Shown: in pieces, positions 1-12,066 of the stretch
How the letters are laid out: every line of letters starts with the position of its first letter
Position numbering within the stretch: position 1 is the first letter of the stretch
Source: Eledone cirrhosa
Taxonomy: Eukaryota
Length of the DNA stretch: 64,000 nt
Assembly: GCA_964016885.1 (NCBI GenBank)
Contig: OZ024742.1
Span: forward strand, 314,898,001-314,962,000
Reading direction: 5' to 3'
Position numbers and translations under genes: made by a program
Notes under the pieces: model-generated
What the model was told of the DNA's origin: nothing
The model's input: only the letters and a program-made list of their open reading frames with translations
Database searches by the model: none

Positions 1-27
1 TCATATCAAAAACGTTGCAAATCAAAT

Positions 28-88
<61 letters not shown>

Positions 89-97
89 CAATATAGG

Positions 98-172
98 TAT
101 TCCATTACCCAAGGTTTCGCGAAGTTAGTCGATTCTAACTGAAACGTTTGATATCGCTCATCAGATGAAATA
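98..172 (-). ncRNA. Minimal type I hammerhead ribozyme motif (intact core)
   Basis: Minus strand reads tatttcat CTGATGA gcga...tcgc GAAA cc ttg gg TA atggaata. Stem I is tatttcat/atggaata, stem II is gcga/tcgc, stem III is short and the cleavage triplet is GUA. Confidence 0.8.
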
Positions 173-200
173 TCTTGATTATGGATATACATAATAAAGA

Positions 201-275
201 TATTTCATCTGATGGGCGATATCAAACGTTTCTGTTAGAATTGTCGAACTTCGTGAAACCTTGGGTAATGGAATA
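201..275 (+). ncRNA. Hammerhead ribozyme copy with A9>G core mutation (probably inactive)
   Basis: tatttcat CTGATGG gcga...tcgt GAAA ccttggg TA atggaata; this is the inverted copy of 98-172. Confidence 0.65.
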
Positions 276-366
276 ATTATGTTGTGTTCTTTATTACATA
301 ATGAAATAGCTCTGTACTATACATATAGCACTCTTCTTTCCTTTACCTTTTCTACGGAAATACTTA

Positions 367-398
<32 letters not shown>

Positions 399-507
399 GT
401 GCATGTTTATGTATATTTACATACACACACACATACACATATATACATACATACTTACACATATGCATATAAATATATATAAACATTGAAAGGGTATATA
501 TATATAA

Positions 508-790
508 TTAGACATAGTCACAGATACATATATGAGTTTGGCCACGGTGTGACTCAATGAAGAATTAATTGAATAATTATTAATTAGAGCTATATATAAA
601 AATGTAAGACCAAAGAATCATTAGATAAAATATATACAGTATTTCCTCTCCCAATCAGTATAAATTAATCACATAAAAAATCATTTAAACGAGGCTATAA
701 GTTTAAAATGTTTATTTGGTTAATTATTGGGAGAGGAAATACTGTATATATTTTATCTAATGATTCTTTGAACTTACATTTTTATATATA
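508..790. repeat. Fold-back insert in (TA)n: arms ~591-655 and ~726-790 with an ~80-nt unique tail on the left
   Basis: tatatataaaaatgtaag...tttcctctcccaat is the near-perfect reverse complement of attgggagaggaaa...cttacattttttatatata. No convincing ribozyme core is seen. Confidence 0.7.
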
Positions 791-795
791 TAAAC

Positions 796-874
<79 letters not shown>

Positions 875-1099
875 CGTGTGTGTATAACACAAGTAAAAAT
901 AAACTATATGGATATATACACATATATACACGTACAAACTGAGTTATCTAACGAGAGTTAAGATTGCCAATCAATAATATATTTAGCCTGAGTGTGTTTA
1001 TGTTGTTATATAGAGTAATATAGAAGTAATCTCATTTACAGTTAGAATTAAAAGGTGACATATATAACATAGAGCTTATATAACACATTAGCATCAAAC

Positions 1100-2866
1100 A
1101 ACATATTTCTTTAATCATTTAGCACATTACTAGTGAGAAATAGTGACAACAACAACTGCAACATTACTAGTACCAACTGAACAGCTAGAACAACAAAAAA
1201 CATTTGTATATATAATATCAAAACCATGGGCAACAAAAACAACATTAGTGACATCATGAACATCAACAACAACGACAGCAGTGACGAAAACAACAGCAAC
1301 AACAAGACCGATGGAAATATTAATTATGTCAAAAAACAAAACTACAACAAAAACGTTCTCGGACATCACAAACACAAATAAAAGAGGAATGTTTGTATTA
1401 TCAATGGAAAACAAACACGTTGAATTGGCCCAGGCCAAACAAAACAATAAAATACGAAGGCAAGAAGGCAGTGGCAAGGGTGCCACGCTAAATAGTAGCA
1501 GAATAGGCAATAGAAATCCGGTCTGTTACCAAACTGTGTGCTTATCGACCAGGCGACCCGAACTGGCTACTGTTACTCAAGTGGAAAAGGCCCTCAAAGA
1601 AGTAATGATTGATTATGTTCACATTTTACCAGCAAGGTAGTCGACCAGCGTTGAGATCCTCTTTAAAAGCGAAGACCTTGCACAAAAACATTCAGTGACG
1701 CCTCGTTGCATGGAGGAGTTTATACTCTATCCAACCTATCTCTCAAGAATGACGGCCAGGCTGAGAATACCAGGTATTTTGCCAGGCATAAACATCTGGT
1801 GGATTGTTAGTTGCGTTGAGCTTGGAGATCCGGTAAAATATGTCTCGGATATATCTGGAGATTCTACTTCATGTAAAGACAGAAGAAATACCAAAGATAC
1901 CGGAACAAATACAGTTGCCAAACGGCAAAAAACAAAAGTCTCATCTATGTATCTCGATAGGACATTTGAGAGCCTCCTACACGCAAAAAGCAGGAGACCA
2001 GAGACCAACACTACTACCAACACCTCGGCTTCAACAAACTCAACAACAAAAGTAGTATACCATAAATACAGTAACAACAACTACGGCACCAGCAGCCTCA
2101 ACAACAACAACACTAGTAGCTGAGAGAATTACAGCACCAACAGCAACAGCGGCAACAATACCGTCACTAACAACAACAGCACCAACGACGATAGAAGACA
2201 TGCCTCTCCCTGACGTCACACAGATGGATACAGATTTTGACAAGGGTAAGGAGTGGCAAGCTATCTGCCACAAGATCAAAAAGAAAAGAAAAAAACACTT
2301 TGTCTTGGCCCTCGAAAAACAGGGTGGGGGCAAAAGTTGAGAAAAGAATAAAGCTAAAGCCTTAAAGCAACAAATGCCAACACTCACACAAACCTCACCA
2401 GTGCTACCAAGGAGCTTTGCCAGATCGAGACAAACGTACAGGCATGGAAGTTCCGTCGGCCTGGACGCGCCTGAAAAGTTTGAAAACAAGCAGTTTCCTC
2501 TTCGAGGAAGCCTTACATGACTTGTTTACTTTTTATCTGAAGAGAAAAAATCCATGGAGAGAGGGAAATACTGCCTACCAAAAAGTTTATTGAAAGGTTG
2601 GTGAGTGAGGTGAGCATGGTCCAAGTGAATGGGCTTGCTCTGAGTCTGTGCCTGTATATTGGAGGTCAAGGTTACTGTGGCATTTGTAGGCTTTCTCCAT
2701 GAGTGACCCTCGGAGATATCCACACTTATGGGGAATTTCTTGTTTTATGTTTAAATGTTTATTTTTTAATCGGTCTTCTTCATAAACCTTTTTCTCATCC
2801 AAGATACCCACACTGTACCGTCCTTATTTTCCTCTTAATGTTAACTCTGTGTGACTAATAAAGGAA
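1100..2866 (+). mobile_element. Internally deleted L1/Tx1-clade LINE (degraded ORF1 joined to the extreme 3' end of ORF2 and the 3' UTR)
   Basis: 2528-2660 is homologous to the ORF2 end at 50940-51060 (…atggtccaagtgaatgggc…ctgagtctgtgcctgta). The terminus gtgactaataaaggaa matches the other Tx1 copies. The upstream Asn/Thr-rich frames resemble the ORF1 N-terminus at 60927-61500. The 5' boundary is approximate. Confidence 0.65.
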
Positions 2867-2868
2867 CC

Positions 2869-3550
2869 ATAGAGTTATGGCCCTTTACGTGGATTGCCAG
2901 TATCAGTAGAGCATCAGACACCATGCGTTGCAGCATAGAATTATGGCCGTTTACGTTCTGAGTTCAAATCCCGCCAAAGTTAGCTTTGGCTTTTTTCCTT
3001 ACGGGATCAATAAAATAAAGCATCAGTAATGTACTGGGTAATTGCTGGCCTTGTACCAAAAGTAGAAACATTATCATTATACGGTGGATTGGCAGTATCG
3101 GTAGAGAGTCGGACACCATGCTTTGTAGCATAGAGTTACGCCCCTTTATGATCTGAGTTCAAATCCCGCCGAGGTTAACTTTGCTTTTCATCCTTACGGG
3201 GTCGATAAAATAAAGTACCAGTAAAGCACTGATTAATTGCTGGCCTTGTGCCAAAAGTAGAAACAATTATTATTATTAGTAGTAGTAGTAGTAGTAGTAA
3301 TATTAGAAGTAGTAGTAGTAATATTAGAAGTAGTAGTAGTAGTATCATTATTAATATTATTATATATACTAATAAGGGCGGTGGATTGGCAGTATTGGTA
3401 GGGGGTCGGATGCCATGCTTTGATGCATAGAGTTACGGCCCTTTCCATTCTGAGTTCAAACTTTGCCTTTCCTCCTTACGGGGTCGATAAAATATAGTAC
3501 CAGTAATGCACTGGGTAATTGCTGGCCTTGTGCCAAAAGTAGAAACAATT
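2869..3550 (+). mobile_element. Three adjacent copies of tRNA-derived SINE family 1 (Octopus-SINE-like; ~190 bp)
   Basis: A-box-like tggcagtatcggtagag, B box gagttcaaatccc, body ttgcctttcatccttacggggtcgataaaataaagtaccag and end gtgccaaaagtagaaacaatt. The copy at 3378-3550 has a flanking direct repeat attatatatactaat. Confidence 0.85.
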
Positions 3551-3920
3551 ATATATACTAATCTAGTCCAACTATTTTGAGGAGCACACTTACTGTGTAC
3601 AAAACTTAGACTTAACACCTAATCTCACAGTGACGCGGAACATAATCTCAATATGATTGATTAACGATGCCATCTTTACGATAATTAGTATTCTATGAGA
3701 AGATATAACAACAGAGGTATGAATTAGAACTGGGTCACCGGTTTGACCAGCTTTAAGTTTATATCTGTCATTCGGTGCTTGTCACATGCAGTGGATGAAA
3801 TCATGCTATATTCAGTTCACCTTTAAAATGTCACCTGAAACAACAGCTGTCCATGTCTTCTACTAACGCCCTAAAGAAAGAAATTTCACGATCCACTATT
3901 TTTACTTGTTATGTTTAATA

Positions 3921-4282
3921 ATTGTTTCTACTATTGGCACAAGGCCAGCAAATACCCAATACATTACTGGTAGTTTATTTTATCGACCCCGTAAGTTTGA
4001 AAGGCAAAGTTAACCTCGGCGGGATTTGAACTCAGATCGTAAAGGGACGTAACTACGCTGGAAAGCATGTCCGACCCTCTACCGATACTGCCAATTCACC
4101 ACCCTTATGTTTACCACTTGTTATGTTTAATAATTGTTTCTACTTTTGGCACATGGCCAGCAATTTCCAGTACATTACTGGTACTTTATTTTATCGACCT
4201 CAGCGGGATTTGAACTCAGATTGTAAAGGGCGTAACTACGCTGGTAAGCGTGTCTGACCCTCTACCAATGCTGCCAATTCAC
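3921..4282 (-). mobile_element. Two tandem SINE family 1 copies
   Basis: Reverse complement of the family 1 consensus. The flank acttgttatgtttaataattg is repeated at ~3905 and ~4116. Confidence 0.85.
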
Positions 4283-4739
4283 AAGAATAGTCATTTCTTA
4301 ATTGCAAGGGAGAGAGAACTATTCTCATAGAAATATAGTGAATTATGATGTAGGAATAGATGTTGACATTTGCCTCAGGTGAGGCAAATTTAATTTTCAC
4401 TATTGCTTTTCAAGCTACAATCTTCCATTCATATACTTATTAACGAATCTATATCTGCTTCATATTCATTCTTATTTAACACCATTCTAATTAGTCTGAG
4501 AGAATCAAGAGCCAATAATTATTACTCTTCAATGTTTGTGCAAAGGGTTTTTTTTTTCTTTCTTCTTTTTTTTCAAAACACTTTTATCCATTGACAGCTG
4601 GAAAATTTGTAAGAAATTGTTTAGTGTTTTAATGGCAATCTGCTTATGCTGAGTGAATGCATTCTCAGTATACACTCATTTAGATACCAAAGCGTTGAGA
4701 TATGCAAGTTTATATGTCGGAATGCTTGTATGAATATCG

Positions 4740-4920
4740 ATTGGCAGTATCGGTAGAGAGACGGACGCCATGCTTTGACGCATAGAGTTACGGCCCTTGC
4801 CATTCTGAGTTCAAATCTTGCCGAGGTTAACTTTGCCTTTCATCCTTACGGGGTCGATAAAATAAAGTACCAGTAATACACTGGGTAATTACTGGCCTTG
4901 TGCCAAAAGTAGAAACAATT
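4740..4920 (+). mobile_element. SINE family 1
   Basis: Full consensus match including the A/B boxes. Confidence 0.85.
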
Positions 4921-5019
4921 ATATTCTTATATTAAACACGTGTATATGTTACGATAAGATTAAATAAAATACAGACATATATAATTACTGTCAGGGTCGG
5001 CCGGTTTTAACAGCCTGAG

Positions 5020-5046
<27 letters not shown>

Positions 5047-5051
<5 letters not shown>

Positions 5052-5110
5052 TGCAATAAACAACACAATACAATTATTCCATTTACCAAAGGTTTCACGA
5101 AGACAGGCAA
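5047..5110 (-). repeat. 3' fragment of fold-back family A next to (TA)n
   Basis: The reverse complement cttcgtgaaacctttggtaaatggaataattgtattgtgttg matches 250-290. Confidence 0.65.
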
Positions 5111-5137
5111 ACAATATGGTTTAAACATCAATTATAA

Positions 5138-5675
5138 TAATTGTTTCTACTTTTGGCACAAGGCCACCAATTCACCAGTGTATTAGTGGTACTTTATTTT
5201 ATCGACCCCGTAAAGATGAAAGGCAAAGTTAACCTCAGCGGGATTTGAACTCAGAATGGAAAGGCCCGTAACTCTTTGCGCCAATAATAATTTCGAAATA
5301 CACTGATAATTGAGTGGATAATGAATTTTACAAAAGAACCACATCGGATTATTTTCATTATATAAGTTAAAACAATTGTCAAGGTTGTTAGGGCATCGAA
5401 TCAAAATGTTTCGTGCTATTTATTCTGACTCTCTGAGAACTGAGTTCAAATCCCACCGAAGTCAACTTCGTCTTTCATTATTTCGGGATCAATTAAAACG
5501 GTGGATTAGCAGTATCGGTAGAGCGTCGGACAATATGGTTTGTGGCATAGAATTACGTTCCTTTACGTTCTGAGTTCAAATCTCGCAGAGCCTAGCTTTG
5601 CCTTTCATCTTTAAGGGGTCGATAACATAAAGCACTAGCAAGGTACTTGATTCGATGTAATCAAATTTCCCCTTC
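5138..5675. mobile_element. SINE family 1 cluster (5138-5285 minus, truncated; ~5388-5495 partial and 5499-5675 plus)
   Basis: B boxes gagttcaaatc and the conserved body motifs. Confidence 0.8.
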
Positions 5676-5720
5676 GCCAATATATATGTGTGTGTATTTG
5701 ATTAGGTATGACTGTACGTG

Positions 5721-5792
<72 letters not shown>

Positions 5793-5798
<6 letters not shown>

Positions 5799-6040
5799 CC
5801 CAGTACAACCTTTCACATGGTCGGGGCATCACCAAAAAAAGAACGAGAATGCCAAAACGCTTACTTGGTAAGAAAGTTAACTTTGGACATTCTGTAGGAT
5901 GAAAAACAAAAGCCGACAAAAAGAACGGAGGAACTCATGAGAGACAATGACCATCCAATAGTACAATAGTATGTACATATGTATGCCCAGAGACATAGAA
6001 ATACTGAAGTTGGTGTCTGAGTGTGCAGTAAACCCACTGA
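5793..6040 (-). repeat. Solo copy of the 3' half of the composite unit found at 16060-16362 and 40310-40611
   Basis: cccagtacaacctttcacatggtcgggg and gacaaaaagaacggaggaactcatgagagacaatgaccatccaa are reverse complements of sequence at 16170-16330. Confidence 0.7.
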
Positions 6041-6379
6041 GATAGATATATCCCTGATCCACGTTGATGTGCAAAGCTTTTCTTTCCTCCCTATAAAAAG
6101 CTTCACACAAAGGCATCAGCCGACATTAAAGGAAATTGTGAATAACAATCTGATGCATCTAGGATCTAAACAATGGCATTTGTTCTATTATATTATTGTG
6201 TAGGAATATGATGTTCTTTTCAATGGAAGCTGTATAGAAGTAGAGGATTGTTCCAAATTTGAATACCCATTGATGGAAAGACAATAATTAATAGACTCTA
6301 ACATGAATTTGTGCTTTGTTAAGCCAACTAAAACTATTTTTTATCCATTTACGTATCGTGAGCACACTCTTTTCTTCAG

Positions 6380-6550
6380 TCCTGAAGAGCATTATTGATA
6401 TCAAATCTAGATGGAGGGAGCACTTTGAAGATCTAAATCAAACTATTGTTTGACAGGAATGTGATTAACAGTTATCTATATCAGCTTGTCGGTGAACCTC
6501 TCAGCAAGATAACAAGACTTAATGAAGATGCCAAGGAAGCTATTACAGTC
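6380..6550 (+). pseudogene. Short degraded LINE (RTE-like) fragment, EN-RT linker region
   Basis: Translates to IIDIKSRWREHFEDL, the RWxEHFxxLLN motif of RTE/jockey-type ORFs. Confidence 0.45.
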
Positions 6551-7516
6551 CTGGAAAATAACAAATACTACTACTTAATAGATTAATAGAGTTCCACAAA
6601 TGTGGAGGAAATCTGCTCAATTACCAACTGCATCGACTTCTTATAAATATATATGAGGTATCCACGTCTGACATTAGATACTCGACAACTGCTACCATTT
6701 ACAAAAAGAAAATGTAATCGATGCCAATGTGGAAAGTAACGTGGAATATCTCCGTTGGCAGCAGATGTAAGGAATAACTGACTCAAAATAAGAAGATCCT
6801 TCAAAAAATACAAGCTGATTTTAGATAATTATGTAATATATTAGACTTAGACAAGAACAGTAAATAAGAACTGTTTCAAATCAAACCAGTCGGATAACAA
6901 AGAAACAAATTAACACATCAATGTTTTCCATCCTTGTGAGAATCACTATAATTATCAAGGACGACTTACCCTCAAAATCGAAATTGTCTACTACGGACAT
7001 TGCCATCTATTCGATTGTACGCGTCGGAAATCCAGAAAAATTGCAATATCACAACTTTCGCGGAGAAACAATCACCTATACGCCCTGGTAGATTCCCATC
7101 CTGTATAAAAAAAAAATTGGACTAACCCCCAAATATAACATAACTCACAGAAATTGACATTCATCACCAGCTGAGGCAAAACTGATAGTGTCCTGATCAA
7201 ATTCGAAGAAATAACTATGGAAAACATTGACCGCATTATCTATATTCGACGTTACTCCTTCTCAAATACCGTTATTGACCAGATGCAACATCGTTTAAAT
7301 GCGCTGGAACAGATTTCAAGTGTATAGAAAGAAACATGCCCGTGGCTGTGACACCCTAGCAGACACGAAATAAAAGTGCCAACATTTTAATCTTGAATGA
7401 AGCAAAAACCAGAAGAATTAAAGCCATCGTGAGAGGTAAGCAAGATGAAGTGTTCATGCAGCTCGGAGAAAAGACACGTGTACGCCGATATAAATTGTCT
7501 ATTCCAAGATTAAAGG

Positions 7517-7549
<33 letters not shown>

Positions 7550-7552
<3 letters not shown>

Positions 7553-7705
7553 GCCTGATGAATGGTAAAGATTCGTCGTCGAAACGGAGCAAGAGCTCAG
7601 CCTTCGGGTACTAACTCCTTACAATAGTTACGCTCTTTCCTTCCGAAGTATCGAGTACTTTTCTAAAGTTCTTACTAGTCTAAATTGGTAAATCCTAATC
7701 TCGTC
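7550..7705 (+). repeat. Diverged member of fold-back family C between (TA)n and (CT)n, with a hammerhead-like core
   Basis: cCTGATGA...gtcGAAACggagcaagagctcagccttcggGTA and aagtatcgagtact resemble 21307-21480 (minus) and 59555-59683. Confidence 0.45.
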
Positions 7706-7733
7706 TCTCTCTCGCTCTCCCTCCCTCTCTCTG

Positions 7734-7846
<113 letters not shown>

Positions 7847-8039
7847 AAACACGTTGATGCGTATGTAGGAATTTCATGTGCGTTTTTTTATATATTTAGA
7901 AAACATTCTGCTTTTGACCTCACAAGTTGTAATAATTGTACAACTAATAATATAAAAATGGTTCTGTTTATATTATACTAAATAAATATTTAGTGTTCAA
8001 TCATGAACAATAAAAATTAGAGTATATATACACACACAC

Positions 8040-8109
<70 letters not shown>

Positions 8110-8111
<2 letters not shown>

Positions 8112-8321
8112 TCGATCGACTTTCGTCAAGTCGGACCGCGGAAACAATGTTTCCGTTGGTCTTTCCAATTGCTAATACTCTCTATCGGTCGCATCTCCGG
8201 GTAAAAGGAGCAACGTGAAATAAAGTGTCTTGCTCAAGGACGTAACGCCTCGCCCGATCCAGGAATCGAATTCACAGCTCACGATTGCAAATCCAATTCT
8301 CTAACAACTTAGCCACGCACC

Positions 8322-8323
<2 letters not shown>
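8110..8323 (-). mobile_element. tRNA-derived SINE family 2 (CORE-like, OR2-type)
   Basis: Minus strand has a B box (gaattcgattcc) and the CORE-like gtccttgagcaagacactttatttcacgttgctcc. Confidence 0.75.
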
Positions 8324-8363
<40 letters not shown>

Positions 8364-8494
8364 AAAAGAAGAACAAGTCAACATCATTGGATACCATCAG
8401 GGTTGCAGGTGTTATATCAGAGTTTTCCTTCTCCTAGAATTCTGCCTTGACAAAGGCTAAGGGGTCATCCCTCCCGGTGATTATATATATATAC

Positions 8495-8550
<56 letters not shown>

Positions 8551-8572
8551 GTATATATATATATATATATAT

Positions 8573-8737
8573 CTTTAAGTCGTTTGGAAGCCTCGACAAT
8601 GCAAATGGGTAAATCTCCGGGTAACAAGGTCCGGTGGTGGAGAGAGAGATGTAAATGGTTGTACGTTGAGATGCGTGGTGTGTATAAGATGTGTGAGATG
8701 TGTAGAATGAAGGGAAGAGTATAAAGGATAAAATAAA
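8573..8737 (+). repeat. Short insert within (TA)n, family E
   Basis: gtttggaagcctcgacaatgcaaatgggtaaatctc resembles the reverse complement of 36005-36044. Both copies are embedded in (TA)n. Confidence 0.55.
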
Positions 8738-9879
8738 TATATATATATATATACACATACATATATATATACATACATACATGTGTGTGTGTGTATGTGA
8801 GTGTGTATGTTTGTGTGTATTCGAATGACTGGGAATTTTACGATCGAAATTATCTATGAATATCATAGTTGTAAAGTGAAAGTTATACACGTGTGTGCAA
8901 AGTCTTGTTGAACACTTTATATTAAGAATCTAATATCCGTTTTAAAATATTTGGGAATTAGGTTGTTTGTGATATTAGTCATTAAAATGCGGACTGAGTT
9001 GTGGTTAAAGATTCTTAATTTCTTTATTCAAGCTGACATATTAATTAATTAATTAGCTATTGGTTGGTCTCGCTTGTGTCAAAGTGGCTAGTGTCAAAGT
9101 CTCTGCAGGTAGTGGTGTTAACCGACAATAATATCTTACCTTGTAAACTTTCCACTGCTGCAGTGTACATCCATACAATTGTAATCAAAAACTTGTATTT
9201 CTGTTTTCTCCCTCAACCGTTCACTCTGTTACACTTATTTGTTTATATAATTTAACTATTAAGTTGATTAACAGTCCACCGATATATGAATATTTCTATT
9301 TCTGATGCTCCTTTTCTCGATGCATATCGCAGTTTCCGTTCAAAGGAAGAAGGAATATGCTTCTAGGTGAGCAGTTAAATAAAGAAGTAGGAATTTGCAT
9401 AGTTGTGATATTTTGTTTGTTGTCTTCTCGTTTTGACCGGTTGTTTGACTGGTAAGGTTTCTTTCGCAGGAGTGCCTACGCTCCCCCACAAAGCCTAATA
9501 TTAGAAAAACAGGTTACAATTTAGACAGAACACCTTCCTACATCATTACCCTCCTCTCCCTCTCCTTCTCTCTCTTTCTCTCTCTCTCTCTCTATGTTTA
9601 TATGTATAAAGATATACATATATATATTCTTTCATTCATTAAAGAAGGTTATTATGTAATGTAAAAATAGGGCCCTGCTGGCCACTATATAGTAGAAGTC
9701 GGTGGTGATTCCGCCGCTTTTCGATGTAGTTAGCGTATTCTACAGTGAATCTTATATAATCGTCAGTTTTGTCGAATGTTGGCCTACTCGCAGGATGATA
9801 TGCTGTAGAGAAATACCATCTACACATCTTGTAAAAAAGACCTAAGAATTGCAGCAGTTGAGATTTCTTCGTGAAATTA

Positions 9880-10120
9880 GCGTGCTAGTGGCTGAACATT
9901 ACACAGACAAGTGTTCACATAATGTAGTTCTCAGGGGGATTCAGCGTGACACAGAATGTAAAATGGCTGGCCCTTCGAATTACAAGTACGAAAAATGTTT
10001 GCTAGTTGCAGCAATGTGAATAAAGTGTTTTGCTCAAGGGCACAACACACCGCCGGTAATCGAACTCACGACCTTACGATCATGAGCCAAAATCTCTAAC
10101 CACAAAGCCACAGCACCTTC
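9880..10120 (-). mobile_element. SINE family 2-related copy (CORE-like)
   Basis: Minus strand has gtgagttcgattacc and cccttgagcaaaacactttattcacattgc. Confidence 0.7.
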
Positions 10121-11687
10121 AACGTGATGGATAGTACACTATCAACGAAGCATACTTCCGCGGCCACTTTTCTCCACATATCGGTCCTACCGCTGTCATC
10201 CAGCTTATCGGGCTGATTATGCTTTTAATTTTAAGAATAACAAATTAGTGATATAAATATACAATTAAATAATATATTTTCACGGGATGTTTCAAATACT
10301 TCACTACCGCCATGCTCTTCAGTTGCATTCCTCCATCTCCACTCGAATGTTTTAAAATGACTACTAATCCGCTTCAATTAAGTATCATCCACTCCAATTT
10401 TTTAATGATATGAAATCAAAAGACTTAATAAATTGTGTGTGAAAGAAGGTTACTGGGGCTGACAAAGGCACTTATGTGGTTCACAATACAATAGTCAAAT
10501 TCATAAGATAATAACTATTTTTGTTAATTTTTAAAGATACAAAGAACGAAAGTGTCGCATAAAAACACCATTTCATAATTAATTCAGTATACAAATCTTC
10601 AATGTAGCCACAGTTTTAATTAAATTCAACTTTTATGAATTATTTGGAAACATAAACCTCATTAATTCTATTATAATAATTTTATATTTTTAAAGAATTC
10701 AAAGATATTCACATACCCTATAATTATTTATTACAGTAATAATTTCCAAATAGCTGCTTTGATTTGTTTAATGATAGATGATAGCCTGTCTCATTAACAA
10801 TTAGTTGCAATGAAGTATTAAAAAATGGGAAATGATTTTGACCACGAGGTGTGAATTGGCTATGATGACAAATAAAAGGATTGTCGGATGGATATTCGCT
10901 TTTTTAATTATGTATAACCGTTGGTTTCCAACAGTTTACATGGCTGCCTGGTGTAGATGGTTCTATTCCAGACCTGCCAACCTCTAAAGACCCGAAAGTG
11001 TCCCAAACACAGGGAGAAATGAGGCAAAATAGGGAGATTTTACATAATAAGAGCTATACCCATTTTCACAAAAGACATCTCTCACTCACCCTGAAGTTGG
11101 TGGGGGAGCTTCCCGTCGGGCGGGGACAGTTGACACGTCCGCTACACGTTTTGTTACTGAATCAGTCTTGGATACGGATAAACTAGTTTCGTATATACCC
11201 GCTTCTGGAACTGTTAGAGAGGGTGGTTATGCAATATAAGAATAGATCCCTGTTGACCGCTATGGGTAAAGGTCGGTTGTGATTTTGCCGCTATTGTGAA
11301 AAATTCCCCAAAGACTCGCACAGTTTTAGTTACAATAACAGATTAAAATATTATTGATCAGGCGCTGAAAACAGACGATGTGCTGGGAAGATATATGCGA
11401 ACCGTAATTCCACCCATAGACAATTGCTTACACATATTGATACAAGCCCTCGTATATATACAAATAGTTATAAACGTATATACATTTACTCATACATCAT
11501 CTTCAAAATATGAAAAGAGCACCAATACATTTCGTGTGGATTGGCGTGAGTCATGTGGAGATAATTGCTGGCCTTGTGCCGAAAGTAGAAACAATTATTT
11601 AAAAAAATACTTTCTCAAGCTTCATTCGTTACGGAGACTGATTGTTAGAAATCTCGCGTTGACAATATTAATAATACTTGTAATAGT

Positions 11688-12066
11688 GATTTCTACTATA
11701 GGCACAAGGCCAGCACTTATCAGTACATTACTGTTACTTTATTTTATCGACCCCGTGAGGGGTTTGAACTCAGATCATAAAGGAGCGCAACACTATGCTT
11801 CAAAGAAGGACATCCGACCCTCTACTGATACTGCCAACCCAGCACCATAATGATGTCTTATATAGGCACAAGGCCAGAAACTTGAAGGAGAGGGGAAAGT
11901 CAATTAAATTGACCCCAGTGCTTACTGGTACATTATTTTATCGACCCCGTAAAGATGAAAGGCAAAGTTAACCTCGGCAGGATTTGAACTTAGATCATAA
12001 AGGCCCGTGACTCTATGTCGCTAAGCATGTTGTCCGACACTCTACCAATTCTGCTAATCCACCGCC
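11688..12066 (-). mobile_element. Two SINE family 1 copies
   Basis: Reverse complement of the consensus; the second copy carries the longer 3' variant (ggggtcaatttaattgactttcccc). Confidence 0.8.

Larger units (their letters stand above)
87..365. mobile_element. Fold-back non-coding insert (Penelope-like pLTR remnant, family A): inverted arms ~87-183 and ~190-285 plus a unique ~80-nt tail
   Basis: The arms are reverse complements around the loop gatata (184-189). It is flanked by (TA)n on the left and (CA)n/(TA)n on the right. Each arm carries a hammerhead motif. Confidence 0.7.

Noticed and set aside
2890-3550. tRNA genes or a CRISPR-like array suggested by recurring GTTCAAATCCC units
   Set aside because: These are tRNA-derived SINE heads without a full cloverleaf. 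Spacing is irregular, the context is eukaryotic and there are no cas genes.
9700-9770. Minus-strand CTGACGA...cGAAA with weak resemblance to the family A stem II insert
   Set aside because: Stems I-III do not close convincingly; at best a very old relic.
10967-11141. Possible hAT-type MITE (cagacctgccaac / gttgacacgtccg)
   Set aside because: The TIR match is short and degenerate and no 8-bp TSD is visible.
11170-11250. cGAAACTAGTT on minus, like the 13318 hammerhead
   Set aside because: No CUGANGA box at a suitable position.
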